This document shows, one piece after another, positions 38,751 through 51,459 of a DNA stretch of 64,000 bases (positions are counted from its first letter, which is position 1; every line of letters starts with the position of its first letter). The position numbers and the translations under genes were made by a program. This stretch comes from the human T2T-CHM13v2.0 reference genome, Homo sapiens. The DNA is taken from assembly GCF_009914755.1 (NCBI RefSeq), contig NC_060926.1; one strand, written 5' to 3'. The notes under the pieces were generated by a model. That model worked only from the letters and a program-made list of their open reading frames with translations. It did no database searches and was not told the origin of the DNA.

Positions 38751-40179
38751 TAAGCTCAGTAATGTACGGTCCAAAGTAAGAATTAGGTTTCCCCTCTGCT
38801 AAAAGGACAAAGCTTTCTTGGACTATTGTTCTGCTTTTGATTATGAAGATATTTTTTGCTTTACTTTTAAGCAACAGGCCCAGGAAACAAAGATGTGTTT
38901 TATCAGGATAATTTCTCATGCTGCATGTTGCCTTTCATAAAGTCTTTTATCATTTAAGAAAAGTGAGACTTTTCAATATTAAAAGAGCTGTTTTTTTACG
39001 CCTATGTAAGTTTCTATATTTGCCTTTAAAACCTTTTGTATTGGTATTATTTCACAATGACCTGTAATCTTACTTAATTAAGTGTTTTAACCCTTTGGGC
39101 ATTTTTGACAACTTCCCAAATTCAAATTCTAAATTAAGTCTTTTTTACCTCAGATTAACTTTGTGAGTTTCTCTGGGCTTCTTCTTTGTGAAGGATGTCT
39201 GGACTATATCAAAAGCATTTATTTTCTCTCTTAATAAAAAGAGATGTTAAATTAACTAGGCTTATCTAATACATTAAATGTCATGGGAGGCATTGCCAAA
39301 TAATGAGTGATAGGTACTACACCTTTTTAAAGTTATATTTATTATTGATCTGACTATTCCAGAAATTATTTGAAATTCCTAGAAATATGATATATCCTAG
39401 TATGTTATCATCCATAATTCTAATTATGTTGAAATGTTATATATCACCAAAACAACCAAATTTCTCGTCAGTTGCATGATACAAAACTGCAAGAGCTTCA
39501 TGAAAAAGACTGACAAGTACAGGTTTCTGGTAACCTTAAGCTCACACTCTCACAGGAGGGTAAGATTTTCCAGAACAGTCATGAAAAATTGATAGATTCA
39601 TAAAACGACTAACCCAATATCCAACAAAACATGGAACTAAATTAGCTGATGACAATAATTATAATTTGTATCACCTTTTGTTAGAAACATTGTTGGTTCT
39701 CTAATGTCTTATTTTTCAGATTTTCGAAATCCTTTTTCTCTTAAGCTACCTATAACTTGTAGAAATTTAATAAAATATATTTTGTAAACAAAAAAAAATG
39801 GAACATTTATATTTTTCTCCCTATCTGATTGCTCCAGAATTTGGGAACTCTTATTAAATATTCTTATTTTCAGAGCAATACCAGTATTTGCATAAGTTCA
39901 ACAGGGATCTGTTCTCCTTGTAACAGGGCACAATTGGACAAGTCCTTGGCTTGGCTTCTTAGCCTAGAGAGGTTTTTAAAGGTCTAATCTGAGATTTCTC
40001 ATTACTAAATAATTCTTTAAAATGAAGGTTGAGTGATACAAAATCCATAAAGCCCCTTAGATATTACCAAAGCTCTGACTAAAATATCATATTTTTGAAT
40101 ATACATAGAATTACTATTCTTGTTGTACTTATATAAACAGTCAGGTCAAGCTTAATGAAATGACTTATTTTTAAAAATT

Positions 40180-40440
<261 letters not shown>

Positions 40441-41265
40441 ATATATATATTATTTTTGACTATAAAAGATTGTATTTCAATAGGAAAGTGTAGTGCACCC
40501 ATTATCAAATTCTAGTCCTGTTTATTTTCATTGAGATTTTGTTATCCATCTATAAACTGGATTGAATCCTGAATTCTTCTACTTACACAAGAAAATAGAA
40601 CTTCCCTTTTCGCATGCCCCGAGGCTGAAACTGGATGACTTCAAACTTCAGAAAAATCACTACAAGAGACCACGTATGGACAACCTTGAGGCCTGCTGCT
40701 CTACAGGTCACTTAGAGAGTTCACCCAAACACCCCATGACCTCATCAGAGACAGTCACACTGCCAACCAGGAAAATCCATCAGGACTGCAACTACCATCC
40801 CTCACTCCACCATCTAGAGATGTTTTTAGCTCTAGAAACGTAGAAATCTTCTCAACTAGCTGTCCTCTGCACTCAAAAAACTACAATCATATTTCAGTTC
40901 AAATATTAACCATTGATTTTCTTTTGTTTTCATAGGACAGCTAAATGAACAATTTAGCCTCAATCATACTACAAAATAAAAGTTATTGATATCTTAACAG
41001 CTGAACAAGAATGAGCTTGTTCTCTTATAGATTTAAAAAAATGTTTTTTCTATCTTAATAAATTAGAAATTGTTGCCAAAACCTAAAGGCTTTGGAGAGA
41101 CAAACACTAGTCTCACCAGACGGGTGCTGCCTCCTCCACTGATTGATTTCATTGGTTAAATCTGGCTTCTGGGAATCTCTGCCCCAGGAAAATGTTCATT
41201 CCTGGCTGTGACTCTCCTTACAGTCATTGTATTCACCTCCCAAGTGCATGGTATCCTCTCAAGTG

Positions 41266-41429
41266 TTTTTTTTTTTAATTATACTTTAAGTTTTAGGGTA
41301 CATGTGCACAATGTGCAGGTTTGTTACATATGTATACATGTGCCATGTTGCTGTGCTGCACCCATTAACACGTCATTTAGCATTAGGTATATCTCCTAAT
41401 GCTATCCTTCCCCACTCCCCCCACCCACA
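41266..41429 (-). mobile_element. L1PA 3'-end fragment
   Basis: Poly-T followed by ttatactttaagttttagggtacatgtgcacaatgtgcaggtttgttacatatgtatacatgtgcc. Confidence 0.95.
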
Positions 41430-41684
41430 AATGCTTTCCAGCAGCCACTCATGCATGGAAAGATTGCCATCAGAATTAGACAACTCAGAGAGTTCCACAA
41501 CTCAGCAACTCAAAGTCACAATGACTGTGTAATTTTGTATAGCAATGACTGTAAGACCTTATATCTCAATGCAAGTATTGAGATGATACAGGGACTACAT
41601 CCATAGTGGTAACCTAGAGTAATGCTATGCTGTTTGGTCCCGGTCTCAGCTTGCTGAGAGGGTGCCCAAAAGTTGGGGGGGCAT

Positions 41685-42109
41685 TGTTAAAGTAACTGTT
41701 ACAGAGGCTAGGCCTGAAGAGTCCCTGAGTAGACAAAGCCAGTTAGGCCTCATAAGTGCAAACTGCTTCATTTGCAGACATAAGTGAAACTTACTGTGAA
41801 CCTTTTCATGTAAATACCTACATTAAAGAAAAACAAAACTTAAGCTCAACCAATCAGAAGTAGCCAACAAACTTATAATTCTATAACTAGGGACTTTGCA
41901 ACAGGATGGACCCAACAAGGCACTTGCACAACTGTGAACAATCAGATATTTTATTTGTGTTACTTCTGTATTCATTCTATAAAAACCTCCCTCTTGTTTT
42001 CTCTTGATGGAGCTCCTAAATCATTTCTGGTTTTAAGCTGAGTCATGAGTTGTCTCCTCAAATAAACCTCTTTTAAAAATTTTATGGTTCCTCAGTTTAC
42101 CTTTTGATG
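41685..42109 (+). mobile_element. ERV1 3' LTR (MER57-family-like)
   Basis: Starts tgttaaag after the PPT; CCAAT at 41850, gggactttgc at 41890, TATAAAA at 41978, AATAAA at 42061; ends ctcagtttaccttttgatg. Confidence 0.78.
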
Positions 42110-42482
42110 GCTCTACATCATCTCCCTCAAGCTGGGACCCCACTGACATCCCTAGCCATCCATCTAGGACCCTCAGGTGGAGGGTTGGCTGGTGCCCCTG
42201 CAGGATGTAAGGGATGCTGCCTGCCCCCCGGGTGGCACAGCACTGGGCCCTCCATGGCCAGCCCTGGAAGGAAGGCCAACCCCATGCCTCCCACTCATAC
42301 AGTTTCCCCACTCCATCCTCCATGGAATCCAGTGGAGGTGAGGCTTCAGAAAAAGCTTGGAATGACAACTGGGAGATAAACACAGAGTGGAGGGCAAAAC
42401 CATGCTGTCTGGGGGCCGCAGGAAAAACATGCTCATCTTCAACAGGGTTCTCTGCCCCTGCACACCCCTAGAGCATACCCAT

Positions 42483-43110
42483 ATAGGAAAGAATTTAACT
42501 TTGTCCAGAAATCAGTGTGGCATTGGCCCCTGATTCCTAGGAGGTGACACTCACCCTGGAATGTCATGCCTGATAGGACTGTCTTTGTTGGCCTGGGGAC
42601 CTGAGACCATGCCGCATGATCACAATGTGTTTTGCAGAGTGTGGGCGGGCAGTATCTGGATCAGGTGATACCAGTTGGCCTTGGGAGGGGACAGAGACTG
42701 AGATAACCATACAGACAATCAATCAGTGGTGCCTGTGAATTGGAGCCCCAATAAAAACTCTGACCACAGAGGCTCAGGTGAGCATCCCCAGTTGGCTACG
42801 CTCCAGGTGTGCTGTCCCACAGAGATGCCGGGAGAGTGACACTGTCCTGACGCCACGGGGAGAGGACACAGGAGTCTTGAGTTTGGTGCATCCCCAGATC
42901 CCACCTCTGTGGTTCTTCCTTTGGCTGACTTCATCCCTGATCCTTTCCCTATGAAAAACCATAGCCTTGTATACGACAGCTTCTGTGAGTCCTGTGGGTT
43001 TTCTGGCAAGCTGCTAAGCCTTGAAAGTGGGGTCTTGGGGCCCCTGAACATACCACTACAGTCAGAAGCAAGGGCAGTCTGGTGTGGACTGCGCTCTCCC
43101 ACTTGTGCCC
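42483..43110 (+). mobile_element. MER21C-like LTR
   Basis: ggaaagaatttaact...ggaatgtcatgcctgatag...gagccccaataaaaactctg...ggctcaggtgagc. Confidence 0.82.
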
Positions 43111-45509
43111 GGAAAACTCTGGGCAAGCCTGGCCCCGACCCCCACCTCCCAGAGCACCTGAGCCCCACGAGGAGGCTGGTCCTCCTGGTGCCCAGGGAAC
43201 TGCAGACATAGGGGCAGCTGGAGACCCACCCCAGCTCCTCTCCACACCCACGAGTGCACTCCCAGGTAGGGAGTGGGGTCTGCACACATCTAAGTGAGCC
43301 TCAGCCATCGGCCCTCAGGACCCAGCTTCCTGGGTCCTGCATGGCTCATGTCCTAGGACCATACTGTGGTCACACTGGGGGGCCTAGCCTAAGCCCCCGC
43401 CCATGCCAGTGGCCAAGCTTGTCTTCAGGGCCATCTGCACAGACCTCAAATTTCAAGCAGAATCAAAGCCTTTTCAGAGTTTAGGCAAAAATCTTGTGAT
43501 TTTTTTTTTTTTCCAAATAGTTTGGGCTTGGCAGGTCCCATGTTGCACTTTGCCAAGCTCTCCTCCCTCCTATAATTTAAAGAAGAAAAAAGCACAAATT
43601 CAAAACCACTGTGCATTCCGGAGGAGACGTGGTCTGCAGGCTGCTGACTCTGTCACAGGCATCAGAGCATCTGCACCATGTCCACACAGCCTCACCCAGC
43701 CTCTTCCTGAGTCCTGCAAATTTTCATTTTACATTTTATTTCATTTTGCAATCTGACAATGAGGCAGAATCTCTGCAGGGAGTTAGAGCCAGCCTGGCCC
43801 AGGCCACAGATGGCCAAGTGAGGCCCGTGGAGACCCCCAGCTCCCAGACCATTAAGGCCAGTATCTGAGAGCCATAGCCAGGCCAAGCCCCAGCTGGTGG
43901 CAGAGGAGCCGGGCAGCCTGCAAGGGGCTCCTGGTCCCAAGGAAGCTTGATGGGGGGGCCATGGACTGAACCCTGCCCCCACCCCACAAGTCCGTTTCAG
44001 AGACTGCACACTGCTCAGGCACCCAGAAGACCCTTTCCTGACCCCCTCAGTGGGCCAGGGGCAGACATAGGCAAGCAGACACCACCCACAGTGCCCGAAG
44101 GCTCAGCACCCTTGGCACACATTGGGAGGGTCTGGTCCACTTCAGAGTGGGGGGCTGGGGGCATGGAGAAGACCTAGAAAGGCACGGCTGATACTTTGGC
44201 CCGAGGCTTGCCTTATGGGAGTACCCGGGAGAATGGGAGGGCTGAGGGATGAAGAATGGAAGGACGACCTCCTGGGCAAGCAGACGGCCCCAAAACCAGA
44301 GTTGTGGGCAAGCCCTAGGCTGTGGGACCCCAGAGGGACCGGGAATCTGGTCTGGGCCCTCAGGATAGGCAGGCAGGGTCCTGGGGCTGCTGCCCACTAT
44401 CCTATCCCCTCAGCACAAATGGCCTGGCTCCTCCGGTTCCTCTGGTGTGCGTGCCCCGACATTAGGGGCTTCCTCGGCCCACAGGGAAGGACAGTCAGGT
44501 CCTCACAGGGCCCCACGCCCTCTGCAGATGGGAACCACCCCCACAGTAGCCACTCAGCCACATGCCCATGTGGAATGACAAGGCCATCAATCCTGTTCCC
44601 CAGGGCTGGAAGCCACGTGTTGACAATTTTGAGCAGTGGGTTTAGCTCGGTTTCGGAAAGGATAAGAAAATTAGAGGATGGGTGTCTTTGCTTCCAAGAG
44701 TGTCCCATTCTGCGGATCTGCCCAGGAACACAGCAGTGGTGCCAGAGGCCTGCCAGGGACACTAGGCCCACAAAAGGCCCAAACTAGCATCCAGGCCTCA
44801 TGTGAGGTGGCAGCCTCTACCCCAAAACCCCCAGCCCTCAGGCAGCACTCACTTGTGCATTTCCAGCTCAATCTTCCAAATTACCAACTTTAAAGAGATA
44901 TTGCAGGAGGAACACCCAGGACCCTGGAAGGCAGCTGCTGGGCCTGGATGCAGAGAGCGGTGATTCCTCCCAACTGGGATGCACAAGACCAGGATGCCCC
45001 AGGGTCAGGGAGGAAGCCAGCTTTACAAGTATGCTTTTCATGACATAACTCACGGGTGTGGGTGCCTTCTCCCCAAGCAGATGAAGGGTGTAGAATCCCA
45101 TCAGAAGCACCCCTGTCCATTTCCAGGTCCCCCTGGACAGGTGTGGCCAGCAGGCAGGAAGGCACAGTCAGCAAGCACAAGCAACACTGATGCGGGGACA
45201 CTGAGCAGGCTACAAGGATCCCAGAGGGGGGATGGAGCAGGCCCTGGCTCCCCAGGGCCCATGCCAGGCCATGGGACATGCAGCCCCAGGAGAAGCTGGC
45301 CAGGGCAACCCAGGCCTGACAAGTGTCCTCGTGCCACACAGGCCAGGAAAGCCACTGCTCACGCCTCATCAGAACAGCAGCCAGTGCAAGGCAGAGACAG
45401 CATCACCTGTGCTCTGGCCTTGCTGCCACAGGAGTGCTCTGAGCCCAAGGAGACCCCCACAGCAGGAGAGCCCTGCAAGACCATGGAAACAGACAGGGCT
45501 TAGGGCCCA

Positions 45510-46990
45510 GCCTCAACAAATCACATCCAGGATGGCATTGAAAATGCTTCCATTGCAGGTAGGGTTTAGTCCTGGAATGCAAGGATGGGTTAATAGCAGT
45601 AATTCTAGATGCATAACTCACTACACCAAGAACTGAGTTGAGGAAAATGATACGATCATGGAAACAGATGTTGAAAAAATTCCATATCCTTCCCTACTAG
45701 GACTTTAAAAAGAAACCTTGTAGCAAGGAAAGAATAGGAAACAACTTCCCCAACTTGATAACAGTTTGTTCTAGAAGCCTTTAGTCAATATTGTAATTAA
45801 TGATAAAACTTTCAAAGCATTAGTCTTAAGGTCAGGAGAAAACATGAGTGTTTTCATCATTACCAATTTTATCTTTACTATTATACTAGAGATCCTAATA
45901 AGGATAGTAATGCATTTATTAAAAAAAGAAATGAAAGGCATAAATACCTGGAAATTAAAAGATTAAGTCATCACTACTTTCAGATGCTATGATTGTCTAC
46001 CTAGAAATCAGAAGGCAGCCAATTGAAAAAGTATTAGAAGTAAGGAAACAATTTAGCAAAGCTGTGACTTGAAAGATCAATGGAGCCAATGACTTCCCTA
46101 AACACAGCAATTACCAATGAAAACGTACGCTCAGAAATACTGCTCACAATAGACAAAGGCTTAAAACAACTAAGAATAAACCCCAAAATATAAAAAGGGC
46201 TAGATGATGAAAAACGTGAGACTTTACTGCAAAGCAATTTTTTAAATTGAATAAAGGGAGAATTTGAAATACCTAGAATACCTGGATGTCTGAGAAAATA
46301 TCAATTCTCCCAGAACTAATCTATGAGCTCCAGACAATTCTCATCCATTATTTATGGATCTTGACGGATGAATCCAATGTTCATCTGGGGGAGACACTGG
46401 AAAGAATAGCAAGAAATTTTGAATAAGAAGAAATGTACATCCTACAAAACTACATTATTCAAAACAGTGTGGCCTTAGCCCAGCAATATGCAAAAAAGAT
46501 CCAGGGTGAGTCTAGAAACAGGCTAGTGTATGCTGGAATGAGTATTTACTGGCATTTCACATAAGTGAACAGGGGAAGGAGGAAATATTTGCAACACAGA
46601 TTCCAGGCAAAGAGCCTAATCTTTAATCCATAAAGACCTCCTCAAAAATCAATACCAAAAAAAAACAACAAAGGTGAAAAATGGCAATGGACTTGAATAG
46701 ACAGGCCATAAGAAAACCTGACAGTGGCTGGTAAATGCATGAAAAAATGTTCAGTTTCCCAGGGAGCAGGGAGTACAAATGGAAACACTCCCGGATCTCA
46801 CCCCTCGAGCCTCAGGTCAGCAACATCGAGAGGTGTGATGACCCCTGCTTTGACAAGGGCATGAGTCACCAGGGACTGTGCCTGACTTTGTCTTTTTGAA
46901 GGACATTAGGCCACCTCTTTAAAATACTGAAATGTGCACCCTGTAACTCAGCAGACGTGTTTCTCATCATCTGTTCTATAGAAGCCACCG
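45510..46990 (+). mobile_element. Degenerate old L1 ORF2/3' region
   Basis: caggtagggtttagtcctggaatgcaaggatgggttaa, cagatgctatgattgtctacctagaa, caattctcccagaactaatcta. Confidence 0.82.
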
Positions 46991-47448
46991 CTGCCATTTT
47001 AATATCACTTTGTTTGAAATAAAAACACTCTTGAGCTGAGGCATGGTAAAACAGAGGCTGCAGCCCTTTTCTGGAATAGTGACAATGGGTTGGAACAGAG
47101 GTGTGGGCGGAGCTTTAGGCCCTGATGTGGAGAGGCCACCAAGGCTCGCTCAGGGTTCAGTTAGAAAAACAATGCCGCACACAATGGGCATCAGATGCTT
47201 GAACAGGGCCATTTACGAACCAGAGAAAGTTCTAGAAAGATGCGCCCACAGTGGCTCACCCTGATCACTCTGGGTGAGGGTGTGAACGGGAACCCTCTTT
47301 TTTCTTTTTCATATATTTCAGAATGTGATGTGTTCTATTTTAACCACTACTAGAGATTTTTCAAGCTTTTCAAAAGCTTCCAGTTCTGGTTGTTGGTCCC
47401 AAAAACTGGATCCTGTGGGACAACACGGTCTTCAGCTGATCTAGCCCT

Positions 47449-47672
47449 GCCTCCAACCAGCGACAGTCCCTGGCACCTGCGTCTCTGCTGCTAACCCTCC
47501 TGATGAGTGCGCCAGGAGTATTCCGACCAGTGACAGTCCCTGGTGCCGGCATCTCTGCCACTAACCCTCCTGATGGGTGCACCAGGCATATGGCCTCCGA
47601 CCAGTGATAGTCCCTGGCACCGGTGTCTCTGCCACTAACCTTCCTGATGGATGCACCAGGCGTACGGCCCTC
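47449..47672 (+). repeat. 70-74-bp tandem repeat, 3 copies
   Basis: accag(c/t)ga(c/t)agtccctgg...ctaacc(c/t)tcctgatg at 47456, 47526 and 47600. Confidence 0.92.
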
Positions 47673-48386
47673 GGGCCTCTCACGTTCAGCCCAAGCTCAT
47701 TGAGTGGAAATCCCCAGGTTACCAGCCCTCCCACTACCCTGTACCCAATGCCACTCCGGGTGCCACGCGCCAGAGTCGATTTCCGCCCAACACCACGACT
47801 GTGTGTGGCTCCGGCATTTCCAACCACTAGGAGGGCAGGAGGGCTGGCCAGCAGGCGAGGTCTCTGTGTGTGATTTTGAAATGCCTTTTCCCACAATGGC
47901 AATTAAAGTGCAATGCCTAATTCTGGACAGCTTCAGAACGAGCTTTAGAAATGGATGAGCTTTAGAAATGGTCACGTAGCAAGAAAATCTCCTTCCAGAA
48001 AACCTGCAGGCATAGAGGGAGACTGAGGTGGGGCTAGGGCTGGGGCTGAGGGCTGGGTCTTCCTGAGGCACTGTGGGGGCAGAAAGCAGGAGGCTGGCTG
48101 GTGACTGACGCTGCAGAGGAAGACAGAAAGCTTGCACTTTCTCCACGATTGTGTTGAGCAACATTCTAAACACAGTCCTGAGGCTCTCAGTGAATACAGG
48201 AGTCTTCACGTTGGGGACAGAATCTCGGAGGGCAGGCCTGTTGGTCTGGACCAGGGGCATGGGGGAAATGTCCAGGCCCTTGGGGCCACACAAGGGCAGT
48301 GCCCGGCTCCGCCAGGTTCACACTTTTCCAAACACCCCTGCTCCTTCTTAGCTTGAGGGTTAATGGCAATGCCACCTCACGTGGTC

Positions 48387-48560
48387 ATTCATTCATTCAA
48401 CAAGCATTGGTCACTCCTACAACAACCACTCACCACCCAGCCGTGAAGACCCGAGTCTCAGCGGGCACTGCCCCACCAGGCACATTCTGGTGCTTCGGAT
48501 ACAGCAGAACCAACAGCTGCCCTCGCCCTGGTGATGCAGTTACCTTCCAGGGAGAGGAAG
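48387..48560 (-). mobile_element. L2 3'-end fragment
   Basis: cattcattcattcaacaagcatt...ccaggcacattctgg...ggatacagcag. Confidence 0.65.
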
Positions 48561-49130
48561 CCAGCTCATCCATGAAGAGATGATTTCTTAGGGCAGCTGG
48601 TGCTGGTGAGGACACCAGGCGGGAAGCCCAGCCAGCAGTCACTCTGTGAAGCGGCTTAGCGGACTCTGCCTAGCCTGGTGCCCAGCACCTCTGACCCCGC
48701 AAAAACACGCACCCATGTGCCCCTGGTGGCAGAGACAAACACAGCTACAGCAGCGCTCTTGAAACCACACGATTGTCCAGCCACGGTGGCCTGGGCATGG
48801 AGACCACAGGCGCTCACAACGGAAGGCCACCTGAGGACAAGAAGTGGGCAGCAATGCAGGTGGCGCTCAGGATCGAGAGACCGAGGTCAGCGCCAGGGAG
48901 AGTGCCAGGCCCGGCGGCCCAGTCCATGGGTCAGGGTCGAAGGCAGGGCACCTGTCCTGTGGCAGGGGAGCTTTGGGCAGGGGGACTTCAGGGTGCAGGA
49001 CAATGTGGAGAGGACGTGAGGGGTCCCTGGGGCAGGGCATGCTCTGTTTCTCAATCTGGGTGCACTTTAAGAGATGCAAATTCATCAAGCCCTACCGTCA
49101 GGCTTGCACGCTGATCTGCGGTATACCACA

Positions 49131-49432
49131 CAGCGTGGTGACTCACACCTGTGATCCCAGCACTTTGAGAGACCAAGGCAGGAGAATTACTGGAGGCTAG
49201 GAGTTCAAGAGCAGCCTGGGCAAATAACGAGACCCTGTCTCTACAAAAAAAAAAAAAAAAAAAATTAGCCAGATGCGGTGGTGTGCACCTGTAATTCCAG
49301 CTATTCAGGAGGCTGAGGCAGGAGGAATGCTTGAGCACTGGAATTCAAGGATGCAGTGAGCTATGATCGTGCCACTGCACTCCAGCCTGGGCAACAGAGC
49401 AAGTTCTTGTCTCTAAACAACAACAACAAAAA
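49131..49432 (+). mobile_element. AluJ-like
   Basis: Dimer with a long A linker, gagctatgatcgtgccactgcactccagcc and an (aac)n tail. Confidence 0.92.
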
Positions 49433-50033
49433 TGGTTAAAATATCACGGGCAACACCTTGGAAACCAATTCATGCACAAGGATTGAAGATGCTTCCAGTT
49501 CACTCAGACCTCTGTAAACTGTGGCAGTTCCATCTGTCCAGAGTCAGCCCAGTGTTCCTGCTGGGTGGGAGGGAGCCAGGGCTTGCCTGCTGGAGACCTG
49601 GCGCCTCCCCTTCCAGGTAAGGGCTCTGTCTTCAGGGTCTGCCCACCTTTTCCAAGGCATGAGATGATGGGAGGGGAGGATGTCGCTGGAGAACGTAGTG
49701 ATAAACAGGGAGGTGACAGGGCAGGGACGATCACAAGCTGTTGTGAACTTGTGTGAATTGTTAATACTTAACCTCCCTGAGCCAGGTGCTTTTCTATAAG
49801 CTGGATGCAAACAGACCCACCTCTCAGGGAGACTGTGCACATCTGAGACAGTCTTCAACTGCGTTCCCCCAAGAAGCAGATGCTGAGACAAGGTTCGTTT
49901 ACTGGATGGTCCCAGGAAACAGCAGCAGGGGCGTGAGGAAGAGATGAGGAGGGAAGTAGCAGGATGGGTGATTGGTGCAGCTCACTGTGACCTGGCTCAG
50001 CCACAAGAAACCTCAGGAGACAGCGTAGAGCAA

Positions 50034-50871
50034 TGGTCAAATAAAAACGACCGTGGCCACTGGTTCAGAGAAGCTCCTGCCCCAAACCCAACACCCAGAC
50101 CAAACCAGAATGGAGTCACTCATGCTTCATGTCACATCATCAAACTGAACTTAGAAAGGGCCCCTTTTCCCAAAATGAAGAGATTCACCGCAGCCAATCA
50201 GTCTACCTGAGTCAGGAGACTCAGGAAGTCCCTCCGTGTTAGTCTGACAAGGAAAGTGACCCCACAATGCCCAATCACTTGCTGTCCTCTTATTTCTGTT
50301 TCTTCAGCCTTTTCTGCCTGTAAAGCCCACCTCTTCCACTCAGCTTATGGGAACACCCTTCCTAACTCTCCAAATGCAATGCTGCCTGATTCGTGAGTCA
50401 CCAGGGATAGCCAATTAGATCTTGCGCGAGTCGGCTCTTCCATTGCTATGAAGAAACACCTGAGGCTGGGTCGTTTATAAAGAAAAGAGGTTTAATCAGC
50501 TCAGGCTGTACAGGAAGCACAATACCATCATCTGCTTCTGGTGAGGGCTCAGGAAGCTTCCACTCATGGTGGAAGGCAAAGGGGGAGCAGGTGCGTCAAC
50601 GGCAAGAGCAGGAGGAAGAGAGAGAAGGGAGAGGCCCCAGGCTCTCTTAAACAACCAGCTTTCTCGTGTGAACTAACTCAGCGACAGCTCACTCATCACC
50701 AAGGGGATGACGTCAAGCCATTCACTAGGGTCCCATCCCTGTGACCAAACACCTCCCACAGGGCCTCACCTCCACCACTGGGGATCACATTTCAACAGGA
50801 GATTTAGAGAGTAGAAACTTTCAAACCATATCAGATCTTAACTAAATGTGTTGAAAGTTTGTTTTGTAACA
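50034..50871 (+). mobile_element. MER34-like ERV1 LTR, split by MST
   Basis: accaaaccagaatggagtcactcatgct...tcaaactgaa...gccaattagatct | gatcttaactaaatgtgttg...tgtaaca. Confidence 0.75.
50423..50833 (-). mobile_element. MSTB-like MaLR solo LTR with 5-bp TSD
   Basis: attgctatgaagaaacacctgaggctggg...ggatcacatttcaaca...aaaccatatca; GATCT at 50418-50422 and 50834-50838. Confidence 0.92.
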
Positions 50872-51459
50872 GCACACACATGCCTGGGTTTCCAGCTGTG
50901 CAGCAGGAACTGGTGCCTGTCCACCAGCTAAGGGATACGTCTAAGTCATTTTCTTTCTGCCACTTCCAGGTTACTCTGCCAGGGGACCCAGGGAAACCCA
51001 GCAGGCAGCGGTCACTGGCGACCTTGAGTGTGGAGAAGGGAGCGAGGAGGAGCCTGGGTGGACACCTGCAGCACCTGCTTCAGAGGCGAAGTGGGTACAG
51101 GTACTCACTGCACTCGCCTCCCTGCACTGGGTGGGTCCTCATGGGTGGGCTGCCATGGTTCTGTTGCAGGCACATGTGATGTGTGGTGGCAGTGGGAGGT
51201 GGCCAGGTGGCTGGATTGAGAAATGCAGCTCCCAGCCACCTGGCCACTCCAGCCTCATGATGCTGAGGTTAAGACAGGGTCGCTCACTGGGGGACGGCGC
51301 CTTGCCTCTTTCTCTGCACCTCCAGCAGCCTGAACTGTGCCCACTTGGGAAGGACGAGATTGTCGGACGCTGGGAGAGGCTCCCTCCATGTCAGGCCTGC
51401 TCTCGGGCTCCACGTGGATAATCAGCTCCACACCTCATCCCTCATGGCAATTCTGCTTG

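Larger units (their letters stand above)
49855..51082 (-). mobile_element. LTR33-like ERVL LTR, split by nested insertions
   Basis: gttcccccaagaagcagatgctgagacaagg...ggagacagcgtagagca before the insertion; cacctgcagcacctgcttca after it. Confidence 0.6.
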
